Source: Eremomyces bilateralis CBS 781.70
Lineage: Eukaryota
Direction: 5' to 3' (one strand)
NCBI GenBank assembly: GCA_010015585.1
Contig: ML975172.1
Length of the DNA stretch: 64,000 bases
Shown: positions 13,716 to 24,811 of the stretch, piece after piece
How the letters are laid out: each line of letters starts with the position of its first letter
Numbering within the stretch: position 1 is the stretch's first letter
The notes under the pieces: model-generated
Database searches by the model: none
Told to the model about the DNA's origin: nothing
The model's input: only the letters and a program-made list of their open reading frames with translations
Made by a program: the position numbers and the translations under genes

Positions 13716-16700
13716 ATGTCGGCCGGCGCTGTGGTTGCGCGACCATCGCAAACCCTCCGACAGCGTCGTGAGTCTCAGCGCGCAAGTGTAGCACGATCAT
13801 CGGGTCGAGGCGGAACTGCAGAAGCGCCAGATCAGCTCCCAATTCGAGATCCCGAGCCTCTAGGTATACCGCGCACACATGACACCAGCACGTATACGAT
13901 GGAGATGCTAACCATCATAGTCAAAACCGCCGATCACATTCTACGCAAGTTCAAAGGAAGCCGGCCTTCCCTCATCGTCCATCTACACCCGACGAACTGG
14001 CGATTCGATCAACAAGATGGCAACTTCGGATACAACTCACCTATGAATATCTTCCTCAAACATTTACGAGACGGAACTGTTCCTCATGACATGCTTGAAG
14101 AGCTTTTTGCTGCCGATGTTCCCTTCTATGATGGATGCCTCATTGTCGAGGTTCATGATAACAAGTCCAACGCGAGCAAATCGCAGAACGGGAATACGAA
14201 CTTGGTCGGCGGCAGTACCATGGTTCCATTTTCTATCCACAACTGGAACGAGCATATCACTCCCTCTCCTCATGTCCCTTACCCGAAACGTCCAGTCAAT
14301 ACCACCGCAAAAGATGCCAATAGACCGCCCACGGCCAAAGGCGCCTCGAAGGATGCGGAGGACAAAGAAAACATGCCCGCTCCTGGACAACCTGCCTCAG
14401 CTGCGCAAAAGTCGCCTGCCAAAGGACGAATCTTTACTACCGTCCTCTTCCCTACACAAGTGACATGCCATGAAGAGGTCGGTATTCTGTCTCGAACACC
14501 ACATAGCGAAGCAAAGGGTGGTAAGAAACAACCAGGCGGCAAAGATGGTACGACCGCAGGCATGCACCCTCCTACGCCATTGGCTTCGATCCCCCCTACG
14601 CCTATATCCAATAGAGGTCCAAACGCGAAGAGACAGAAGATGTACCTGGAAGGCGATGAAATTCATGAGTTCGAGGCAGAACTCCTCCGAAATACCGAAG
14701 TTAGCCTCCTTCTCGAACCTGCCAAGGATTTCCGTGAAGCTCAAGCGATGATTGAATCGATGTCACATCCTCGACATTCGTATCCTCTTCCTGAGCGGAA
14801 AGCGCGGAAGCGGACAGAGAGGGAGATGGCTGCGGACGAAGCAAATGCCGCAGAACAGGAACGATTTATGCTTCTGGGTGACGAACGACTTAATCGATCG
14901 GTTGCAGATGGTAGCGCCGCTGAAGGCCAAGTTGGCGGCGCGTCGTTCGAGCCCTCGTTTAACCGCTTCAAGAGATTGGAGAGCATCAAGATGGAACACC
15001 AGCGCAAGCAACAGCAAAAGAAGGAAGAGGAAGCCCGTGAGGCAGCCGCCCGGCATCAAGTAAATGAAGAGAAATCTAAGAAAGACCGCGAGGATCAAGC
15101 ACGGATCCATCAGCAGAACATTGCGGCGAAGCGAGCGGAAACCCAGCACCTCTTGCTTCAGCAACAACAGCAACAACATTTGGCTCAGCAACAGCAACAG
15201 CAGCACCTCCAAGCACAGAACGCATTGATACAAAAAGCCCAGGCTCAGTCATCTCAAGCCCAGCAAATGTCCCCTCGCCTGGGAGCGATGACATCTATGG
15301 GAATGGCGAACTCTCCAGTCATTGGAGGAGTAAACATGACATCTCATGGCCTCGCCAGTCATCCGATGGCCGCCACCTCTTCCGCTCAAGGGGCAGGAAG
15401 CCCTCCTCGTCCACCTTCTGCCGTTTCCCATCATCCGAATGCCCAGCCAATGGCTAGACAAGTTAGCCAGGCCCGAAGCCAAGCTGGAGCCTCTTCACAT
15501 GCAACACCGCAGATGGTCCATAGCACACCGAATATGAACCAGGCGATCCCCGCCAGGAACATGACTCCTCAACCTCGCACTAGCATGTCACAGGGGTCTC
15601 CCGTCAACATCCAAGGGACTCCAATGATGAACCGTGCCGCCACTCCGCAAATGGGGGGCCAAACTCATCCTAGCGTGCAGCCATCCCTTCGTGAGCAGCA
15701 GCTACAGAATGTGCAGCAGCAAATGCGTCAGCAGCATTTGCAAGGCATGGGCGGACAGCAAAGCATGGGCGGACAGCAAATGTCTGCTGAACAGGTTCGA
15801 GCAATGGCAATGGCTCGTGCACAACAATTGGCCGCTCAAGCTGCCGCGCAGCAGCAGGCACAACAGGCCCAAATAAGCCAAGGTCAATCCCCAATGCACG
15901 CCATGTCCCCGACCCATCCACACGCCCAAATGGGAACACCTCAACCAGGACAACCCCAAGGTGCAAATATGAATACGCTGGCATACCAGCAGGCGTTGCG
16001 GCAACAAGTTCAGGAACAATTGCGCACTCAGCAGCAGAGGGTGCAACAGGAGCAACAGATGGGCAGCAATCCGCAAACACCGCAACAGGCAACGCAGCAA
16101 GTGCCAGGGATGAACGTTCCCCAAGAAGGGCAACAAGGAGACCCGCAGAAGACGTTTATGTTCCAAAGAATCCGCAAAGCTGCAGCCGACAAATATCTCC
16201 AGCTGGCTCAACAGCACCACGGAAACGTCCCTCCGCCTATTCTGCGACAGCTGGTCTCCGCGTTCCAGACCGAACTGCTCAAGCTGGGTGCATCGCAACA
16301 GATGGCTCAGAATGCCATGGGAATCCTGCAGAGCGCCGTCCGTCAAGTACAGCATCAGCATCAACAACAGCAGCTGCAAAACCGCCAAGGCCAAAACGCA
16401 GCGAACGTGCCAAACATGCAAAACATGGGCGGGAACGGGATGCCCATGAACATGAACCCTGGAAACATGAGCAACGCGCCGGGCAACATGAACATGGGCA
16501 ATATCCCCAGCAACCCGCCGATGAACAATATGGCCATGAACCCCATGCAGATGCAACAACTCCAGAACATGCCGCAGGAAGCGCGGGAGGCATACATGCG
16601 CCAAATCCAACAAACCCGGCAGCAGCAGATGCTGCGGATGCAGCAAGCCCGCGCGCAGAGCCAGGGCGGGATGAATATGGGGATGAGTCAAGCCGCTGGA

Positions 16701-16811
16701 CAGAATATGATGGCCATGGGCAATATGCCTAACATGGGAATGCAGGGGATGCAGAACATGGGAAACATGAACAATATGGGAAATATGCACATGGGACGGG
16801 GGATGCAGTAG
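13716..16811 (+). CDS. SPT20: SAGA complex subunit Spt20 with long Q/M/N-rich C-terminus
   Basis: PSLIVHLHPTNWRFDQQDGNFGYNSPM, VPFYDGCLIVEVHD, PFSIHNWNEHITPSP Spt20 motifs; probable intron 13864-13920. Confidence 0.88.
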   Translation: MSAGAVVARPSQTLRQRRESQRASVARSSGRGGTAEAPDQLPIRDPEPLGIPRTHDTSTYTMEMLTIIVKTADHILRKFKGSRPSLIVHLHPTNWRFDQQDGNFGYNSPMNIFLKHLRDGTVPHDMLEELFAADVPFYDGCLIVEVHDNKSNASKSQNGNTNLVGGSTMVPFSIHNWNEHITPSPHVPYPKRPVNTTAKDANRPPTAKGASKDAEDKENMPAPGQPASAAQKSPAKGRIFTTVLFPTQVTCHEEVGILSRTPHSEAKGGKKQPGGKDGTTAGMHPPTPLASIPPTPISNRGPNAKRQKMYLEGDEIHEFEAELLRNTEVSLLLEPAKDFREAQAMIESMSHPRHSYPLPERKARKRTEREMAADEANAAEQERFMLLGDERLNRSVADGSAAEGQVGGASFEPSFNRFKRLESIKMEHQRKQQQKKEEEAREAAARHQVNEEKSKKDREDQARIHQQNIAAKRAETQHLLLQQQQQQHLAQQQQQQHLQAQNALIQKAQAQSSQAQQMSPRLGAMTSMGMANSPVIGGVNMTSHGLASHPMAATSSAQGAGSPPRPPSAVSHHPNAQPMARQVSQARSQAGASSHATPQMVHSTPNMNQAIPARNMTPQPRTSMSQGSPVNIQGTPMMNRAATPQMGGQTHPSVQPSLREQQLQNVQQQMRQQHLQGMGGQQSMGGQQMSAEQVRAMAMARAQQLAAQAAAQQQAQQAQISQGQSPMHAMSPTHPHAQMGTPQPGQPQGANMNTLAYQQALRQQVQEQLRTQQQRVQQEQQMGSNPQTPQQATQQVPGMNVPQEGQQGDPQKTFMFQRIRKAAADKYLQLAQQHHGNVPPPILRQLVSAFQTELLKLGASQQMAQNAMGILQSAVRQVQHQHQQQQLQNRQGQNAANVPNMQNMGGNGMPMNMNPGNMSNAPGNMNMGNIPSNPPMNNMAMNPMQMQQLQNMPQEAREAYMRQIQQTRQQQMLRMQQARAQSQGGMNMGMSQAAGQNMMAMGNMPNMGMQGMQNMGNMNNMGNMHMGRGMQ

Positions 16812-18097
16812 GGATGATTTAGGGATCGGCGTCGTACTGGGTCGGAGGATCGGATTCATTCGAGTTTATTAGGTGCACTAAGCATGGTGTTAGGGAGCTT
16901 AATTTTGCTTTTCAAGCTACAGGCTTGCTTTAATTCTTCAATTATCATGTAGGAGTTGTAGTTTGACGGTCGGCTAGCACCAGATCTCTTCCTGCTGCTG
17001 GGGGTTTTCTTAGATACCCAACGGCCTGCATCTTATCGATTTGATGGAACGTAGTAATCGAGATTGTGATTGTTTCCTGGAGAGGATTAGTATATAACAT
17101 GTTAAACGACTCCTCAAAAATATTCTTATCCAGTTCGCAAGAGGACTTGTATACAACATATTGAACGACTCAAATGTAAATTTACGCTTTCAGTTTCGCA
17201 TATAACTCCAACTGCATGTGACTAGGGTTCTTATCACTAAAACTCCCACCCTATATTACATCCTTGATTCCGTTCATTCACTTTCATAATAAAGGTCTGC
17301 TGATACCCAGGGTAGGGCGGCTACTAGCAAGAGAAATAATATCGTTCATCCCGGCTCCTTCCCCCGGAAAACCCGAATATATCACGGCGTAAGTATCGTT
17401 AGTCTGAATATATATATATTCTTGAATGATACAAGCAGATATCGGGTGTTATTCAGCAACAAGAGCGATCGCTCCTGGGACAGGTGGTATACATCTCAAA
17501 GATTGGCACTGTGAAGACACATTTTCTTGTTGACATCCCAGAATAAAAGCCATGCTCCAGTGGCAGACCGAAGGAGTCTTGAATGCGGTCAATGTGCCTG
17601 CAGCTGCAAAATGGCTCTGCAGAGGGGAATAGAGGTGATAATTCCTACACTAGATGTCGCAGAGCCAAATTAGTCCCTAAGAAAGCCAAAGCTAGAAAAG
17701 AAATTGAGAGGTAATTAGGCATGAAGAGTGTACGTAGACAGAACCAAGAGCCTTAAAATGGTACCGTACAACAGGAAAAGGCAGTTACGCACAATGTTCT
17801 CCTCCAATTGGTTCTAGCGTCAGTGGTTCAATGTTGATTGTGACCTTGGTCTTGTCTACCATCCTCAAGTGATCTGAAGGCGCACAGTTGTGAAGCATCA
17901 CTTCAATTCTGCGGAGTCCTCACTCATGGCATTTTCCATATAATACAAATCGACCTCTCTCACTGAACCCACTGAAAATCCCCACTGATCTCATTGCGCA
18001 CAGAGTTATGCACATTCGGAAGCATGAAATATCTGTCCAGTGAGTACTAGGATTGCATATCTGGGATATTGCAGCTAACCAAGTCCCGCAGCATAAA

Positions 18098-18601
18098 ATG
18101 AATCCAAAGCGAATTGTAAGGCACGCAATAACAACGACGGCTACGTCACTAACAATTATGAAGGAGGAGATGAAGGAATGGTCAGACCTCCTGATTCGAT
18201 ACAAGAAGCACCTCAAGGATACCGACAGGAAGGGCAAAGGGATCTATGATGCACAACAATCATTGGCACATTCCATGTATCGAGTTCGACACCAGGCTCT
18301 TCTTGAGCAAGACCGTGCTCAGCCCTCGAACCCGAACAACGAAGTCGAACGACTCGGAGCAAAGCTGGACAACTTACAAGCAAACTATATGCAGCTTATA
18401 CAATCGCTGAAGTATGAGAGAGACCAATGGGCATGGTGGAGGCAATTGATCGCTTATGTTGAGCACGAAATGGGGGTCCTGGAGCTGCAAGAAAGAAGTT
18501 TGACACAAAAGCGGTTCGTCGGTGCGCCTGGAAAGAAGCTCTACATCTGTGTCAAGTCCGAGAGGGATGGTTCTTCATCCTCGGCGCCACCGGAGAGCTG
18601 A
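18098..18601 (+). CDS. Hypothetical coiled-coil protein (possibly with an upstream exon)
   Basis: Open frame of about 167 aa with helical composition; branch/acceptor GCTAAC..CGCAG just upstream. Confidence 0.35.
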   Translation: MNPKRIVRHAITTTATSLTIMKEEMKEWSDLLIRYKKHLKDTDRKGKGIYDAQQSLAHSMYRVRHQALLEQDRAQPSNPNNEVERLGAKLDNLQANYMQLIQSLKYERDQWAWWRQLIAYVEHEMGVLELQERSLTQKRFVGAPGKKLYICVKSERDGSSSSAPPES

Positions 18602-19689
18602 ACCAGTTAGGGGCAAAGAGTGGTCCTCAAGTTGCAGGAACTCGTCACCACTCAGACCGTGATCGGGCCTGCTACGAAGGCTTTTGTTTCTCGAGGGACC
18701 TGTATGGAGTTATGTTAGTGATACTGCTTTACAACAGTAATGTCAGCGTAGCACTCTAAATTGGTAGCTCAGCGGAGCAGTCCGGTAGCTCGTTTCTCGT
18801 GTTTCCGTCCTGACAGTCAAAGAACTCACTCCGGTCGTCCTTGAGACGATGACATTCTATTAGCATCAATTCATATATATCGGTTCGAATGGATTTTTTC
18901 TTTCTTCGTTGGTAAGCATAAAGTTTCCTGAAAAACCTACCAGGGGTCTACGATTCTGGAGCTACACCTAAAAGGTTGGCTGGCTGCAGCAGAGGAGACC
19001 AGACGCTGAGGACGGAGACCGTGACGTCGACGACATTAAAATCTGAATTATGTACAGTCTGTCTAGCTCGTCTAAATCTTCCATCAATGAGCAATCCCCA
19101 TTGCCCTCTCAGTATCCCATTGCAGTGTGGTGGCATTTTGAGGGCGGAACCCAGGTGATGCCAGCGATCTTGGAAGACCCGAGCGGTCTCTACACCCGAC
19201 ACCTCAGCATGATAATAGTATCCTACGATTTTGTCTTTGGCGTACGGTTATTTCTCCTCCTAACCGTATATGTGGCCGGCTTCAACTCTTAAACCTAATA
19301 CACTTGTGTTTCCAGTCTGGAAACCCTCAGTGATTCGGATCAACCCTATGTCTGTCGATCGCCAGCTCCGCACTGGGTCCGACTACTTCTCCATTCGGCA
19401 TGGTGAGAACAACAACGGTCTGTATCGGGCGTTGTATATTGCTAGGGGCATGCCGCCCGAGATACAGCCAAAGGTATACCAGAGCTTGATTGCCACCCAA
19501 GGATAGATTTGCTGAAACAAAGCGACTGCATCTCGATCGTAGCTGATATCGGGACACAAGTGCAGTGAATAGAGTGGACGGGAGGTATAGGCAATGTAGA
19601 ATCTTCGTGGCCACCGTAGTACGGGAAGAGCTGAGAGGTTGCTGGCTAGAGTTGAAGCATTTAAGAAGATTTAAAGGAGGCACCGGTCC

Positions 19690-19866
19690 TATTCCCATCT
19701 TCGTATAGTCTTGTATACCGTGCTTTCAGCGTCGTTGAGCTTCTCTGCCACCTCCCGCTTGATTTTTCCACTGGATATGCCCTCTAAAAGCGCAGCTCTT
19801 TGAATTTCAATTAATTCGACATTTATTCGTCGATTACCACTAATTTCAGCTCCGGATGATCTCAAT
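19690..19866 (-). mobile_element. Degenerate Tc1/mariner transposase 5' fragment
   Basis: Translates RSSGAEISGNRRINVELIEIQRAALLEGISSGKIKREVAEKLNDAESTVYKTIRRWE, colinear with the N-terminus of the Tc1 ORF at 37729. Confidence 0.8.
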
Positions 19867-20357
19867 TTGATGATTCGTAGGGCAATATCCTAGCTAGCAA
19901 ATCGTACGAGAAGTTTCGAGAAGTACTGGCAAGTAGGATACAGGTATCACCTTTGGATTTGCTACTGGCTTTGATCGTGAGATTCAAGTGGGTAACTACG
20001 TCGCAATGGGATCCCAAGGGAAGGGATATTTGAGAGAAGTGATCCATTTTTGTTTAAAATACATAATTGGATGGACTGAAGCACTCCTGGAAGGATCAGA
20101 GAATCCGATGCTCAGCCGGGGGTCACTGTTCTTCAGTCCGTCGCCGATATTCCCACTGACACTTCGCGCTGCAACATGTTCCAGCCCTTAATCCACAATC
20201 TTGGTGCTCTTTTAATCCTTCTGGCTGTGATCAACTGATCTCCACCTGGAAGTTATCCTATCGTACGGCCCAATCGCAAAGAAACTCTCTCTTATCCACC
20301 CTGTGCTGGAAATATCTCCCGGAAGCGCATGGTGGTTGCCAGAATTCCTCCTCGACT

Positions 20358-21809
20358 CTACTTCGCCGGGGGATTGACGCTCAGGTGACGCATCTCCGCC
20401 CCCTTCCGGGTCTCTTGGCTCCACATGATCGCGTCGATGACCTCCTTCTCCGTCGCAAACATGAGCATCCTGTTGATGAAGATCTGGGCTTCCTGCTCCC
20501 TCAGCATGTTCTGAGCCTTCACTGCGCGAATTCCTTCGTTCCACCACGGCTGGCTGGCGATGTCGGGCTGCATCCAGTAAAGGGATTCGGCATATGTTGG
20601 GACGTGCGGGAATGGGCCAACGGTGCTGAGGACTGGGGTGGGAGGAGCAGAAGGGTCGTCAAGGGGGTTCGAATGCAGAGGCGCGGAATGCATAGGCGCG
20701 GAATTCATCGGCTCGTGGGCCGTTGCGGACGGCAGTGGAATGCCGGGTTGTTGGGTCGCGCTGGTAAGCGGTGCGGAGTTCAAACCACTTTCAATGGTGC
20801 CAGTGGCGGAATTGTGGTTGGCCGCCGTGCCGTTGGGATTGACTCCATTCCCAGTCATTGTCCAATTCGACATGAGCATTCCAGCACCATGCGCAGCGGT
20901 TCCACCTCCAGTGTTAGCCGAGTAGTGAGGAGTGTTCAGAAACACTGGCGGCTGGGATGGGTCATTGAAGGGCAATGGAGCAGACACTGGACCAGGGTGC
21001 GCATCTGCCTCACCCCGCATGATTGCGTCTAGGTCGATCGGGGTGAAGGGCTTCTTTTGCGCTTCTGTAGCTCTAGTATTTGGAGTGTTGATAGAGAGGG
21101 AAGCAAATCCATTGCCAACATCGACGATCTCGGAGGTTCTGTCATTCGGCACAGCGATCTTACTCGGGTGTATGTACCGGTTCCCATCAGTTCCGCGTGG
21201 CAGGAATGGGTACATGCCCTCAAGCCTAAGAAGGCGGGAGACCACGGTGGCCATCTCCAGCGTATACTTGTTCTGGACTTTCTTGACCTCGCCATGGAAC
21301 CGCTTTAGTTCACTAAGTCGGTAGCTGCTACGTGCTGCCGCCTCCTTGTAAGACTCCGCAGTCCAAGGGTTGTACTTAGGATCGTGGAGGAGATTATTGA
21401 TGGCATTATGGACCATACCAGCAAGCTAGATTATGTTAGTCTAAGATTCTATGATGAAAGGAATTATAAAGGATGCAAGGATGATTGATAGGACTGATGG
21501 ACGATGTGGAGCAATGTTATTGCATGATGCACGGTCCCCTCTTAGCCCAGAACAAACAAAGGTTGCCCACTCCAAATGGAACCAAATGATCACAAGTGCC
21601 AATCAGTGCAGTGATTAGATAACTTGACTTACGGCTTTCACGTCAAGCGACGCTGGATCCATGGCGGGGGGGTATTGCGACAGCGGTGAAGGTCGACCTG
21701 GGTAGACTTGGGGGACTGCAGCTAGTGTCTGTTAGATTTGGTGGTGTTTAAAGTGGCAAGAAGAAAGTAACTTACGAGTCTGAGTCTCGGGGTTTGTGGG
21801 GTCGACCAT
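20358..21809 (-). CDS. Hypothetical protein, multi-exon, P/S/T/A-rich
   Basis: 352-aa last exon; upstream small exons with GTAAGT/GTAAGTC donors near 21775 and 21632; ATG at 21809. Confidence 0.55.
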
Positions 21810-22268
21810 CTTGCTACGGTGTTGCGGTGATACCCATGCACAGGTCACGCGATAGGAGTGATGAGATTAGATGGAATGGTTTTTGTGTCGGGATGTTGAA
21901 GATAAAGAGTGAATCGTGAGAATGGAGAAAATGTGACTTTTAAATGCAGCCCTGAGAATCCGCGTGGCCCGCCATCTCGTTGTCGTTGTTGGCCATGACG
22001 CGAGTGCAGCATTTTGGTCGAAACTCACCATTTTGATAGAAACTCAGCCAGAACTCAACCAATATTGATTAATATTTTCTAATTTTTATGGGATAGCTAT
22101 ATCATTATGTCTGATTATAGTTATTCTAGCTTAATCGGTTTCTTTCCAGTGTTCGTGATTGATTGTGATGTTAGCAGAGAGCGTAATGTTGCACCGCCAC
22201 CCCCGGCCATTCAGCTGACGATGGAACATACCCTCAGCTTCCTCGTCCCATATCAATGCAAGTGCTCT

Positions 22269-22600
22269 TTACCTATGTGTAACTGCATCTAACCCACCAC
22301 AAAATGCCTCTTCCCGGTCCCTGAACTTCTGCTGCTCATTCGTCAACTCGCTCTCCTCCTTGCGAGTTTTCTCCTTTGGGAGCTTTTCCAACTTGGCTTT
22401 GAGGATTTCCCTTTTTCGCCAGATCTTGACCTGGCCTTCCGACGCCTCTGCCAATCTCTTGCGAGTTGAATCCAGCTTCAATAACAATGTGGCTCGGGTT
22501 GTTGGATATGTGGTCTCCATGGAGCAGGTCCCAGATCCGAGGGAGGTCACCTTGATCAGATCCAGTAGCGGATGAGTCTCGTGCCACTAGTAAACATTGA
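22269..22600 (-). CDS. Possible small hypothetical coiled-coil exon
   Basis: K/E-rich 93-aa frame; no recognisable family. Confidence 0.2.
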
Positions 22601-23609
22601 AAGATATAGTGCAGAATGAGGCCTTTCGAATACAACCTCTACCTTGGCAACACCATTCTGAATATCCCCTGATCATAGAACAGTTAGTCACAGTGATATA
22701 CGGACTGTCTCCTATATACCACGACTTACCCATCCCCCATACAATCCTGATTGGTTCTCTGCTGGCCAAACATTTTGCAGGATTGCTCTCGGATTCTATC
22801 ACAAATCTGGGGATTGGATTGTGAAGAACAATTTCTAGACCAGAGGTGTCGATCACCATGAGAGAGATTCCGTGCGGATGTCTGCAGCCAGTCAAAACGA
22901 TCGAATACGGGTATATACATCATGAAACTTTTATTTAGGTCTATGAGAGGTGGGAAATTTACTAGTTAGTGAAGTTCAGTAAAACCGGAATTCCCACTTT
23001 CGATAGGTTAGCTTGTTGCCCCCGAGCAAATTTCTAGTTCTGTGCTTTGAATGCTGTTGCAGTTTCATTATATAGCAGGACCGACTTGTGCTATTTCTGG
23101 ACATTGTAGGGCCATCCGAGAAGAATTCATTGCTCGATCTCACCCAGTCAACACTGCAGATGCGCTAAGAAAACATCTCGAATTGAGAGTGGGAAGGATG
23201 TCGGTACGGAACGCGGGCGCTAACATGTGCATCAGTAAATGTTAGTATTCAAAAGCCTATGAAATGCCGCTATATATTCATGTTGCGATAGGAAAGATTT
23301 CCAAGTTACCGGTGTTGTGGAGTTGGAAAAGGGAACCTGAACTTGGTCCACCGCGTTGGTGGTTTGGAGGTCGTCATAATAAGAATCCCCGCGATAATGG
23401 CAAGGCTGAGTGTGGCTGAGACGGGGTGATTCATGACACATTCAGAACCTCACTTCGGCATGCCAAGCCTGTTTCACGACTCGGAACATCAAACTCTAGA
23501 CAACAGCGTACTCTCTCCGATCTGGACTCTATCTCTCAAGACGTGCTAACCAGTCACCAATTCCTCTCACGAAACCATCTCCGAAGCCCGTCTAACGCGA
23601 CACATTACA

Positions 23610-24335
23610 ATGGACTCCCCCGACTCCCAAACAGTACCACCTCCCTGCCACATCTTCCTCCTCCCATACGAAATCCGCGAGAGAATCTACAAATACGCCC
23701 TCAGTACTCCGAACACCGTGACATGGCCGACAAAGCTCAAAGCCTCCAGCGTCCCCGGCGTGTCCCTCCTACAAACATGCCGCACCATCAATGACGAAGC
23801 CTCCCCGATCATCTACGCCCACAACGCCTTCTCCTTCCCTAGCCCCTCCGACGCGAACATGTTTAGCTGGACACACTACCCATGGAATCGAACAACTCCT
23901 CTGGCGCGTAAAATCACCCACCTCGACCTGGTCATCAATGACCGAGACGTGCGACTCTGGACCGGGTATCTAGGCAGCTCCTTATCTGAGCGCAGTCTCA
24001 TGCACGACTACCCCGCCCTCAAGACCCTCCGCATCAAACTCCGGTCGTCCTTCTTCGCCATGCTCGTGGATCTCGACGTCGGTGATCGGTTCCGGCGCTG
24101 GACGAACGACCCGCGGTTGCGGGAGCTGTGCATGAGCCTGGAGAACAAGACGAAGGCGGAAGTGCAGATTCGGTGCTTGGCGCGGATGCGGCGGGAGGAG
24201 ATCGAGCTGCTGGTGCAGACATTCAAGAAGGATTTGTTCTTGGATAGGAATGGGAAGGCGAAGACATGGGCGGTGGATATTTATGGGATATCGGTGGTGA
24301 TGGAGATCGCGGAATTGATGCTATCGACGGGGTAA
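23610..24335 (+). CDS. Fungal F-box-like domain protein
   Basis: IFLLPYEIRERIYKYAL followed by LLQTCRTINDEASPIIYAHNAFSF. Confidence 0.75.
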   Translation: MDSPDSQTVPPPCHIFLLPYEIRERIYKYALSTPNTVTWPTKLKASSVPGVSLLQTCRTINDEASPIIYAHNAFSFPSPSDANMFSWTHYPWNRTTPLARKITHLDLVINDRDVRLWTGYLGSSLSERSLMHDYPALKTLRIKLRSSFFAMLVDLDVGDRFRRWTNDPRLRELCMSLENKTKAEVQIRCLARMRREEIELLVQTFKKDLFLDRNGKAKTWAVDIYGISVVMEIAELMLSTG

Positions 24336-24811
24336 GGAGACGGCGTGGGATGTCGAAATGAAGTAATGACTGTGATGAAGGCGTTGAGGCCTGGCGCTGC
24401 TGGCACGCCGTAGGTGGCACAGAAAGCTACTAATAACAGATCCTTTTGGTGGACACGACAAGTTTCCTGGCTGACGTATTCTTGTTCGACAGCACGGACT
24501 GAGCTGTGTAAGGCCTGTCCTTGGTGGAGAGGCCTACTCTCCTTTGCTTGGTCTTCAAGCTCTGCCTTGATCGGACCTCGGACATATTCGGCGGATCTTA
24601 TTATGTAGAGCGTAGAGAGATGTAGACGACGGCGAGCAGTGACCTGCTCGCCCCTACTAGTGCAAAATGAAGACCTAATGATTGATGACCACCAAAAGGA
24701 GTAACAAGACAAAGAGCAAATTCATGAATATGCGCTTGAATTTGAGGTTTGTAAACAGGATATACATATCTATCCCTCCAAGCTCCCACCCCACTTTACC
24801 TTGATTGGATC

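Noticed and set aside
15702..16859. 385-aa antisense ORF
   Set aside because: Shadow of the CAG/ATG-rich Spt20 coding strand
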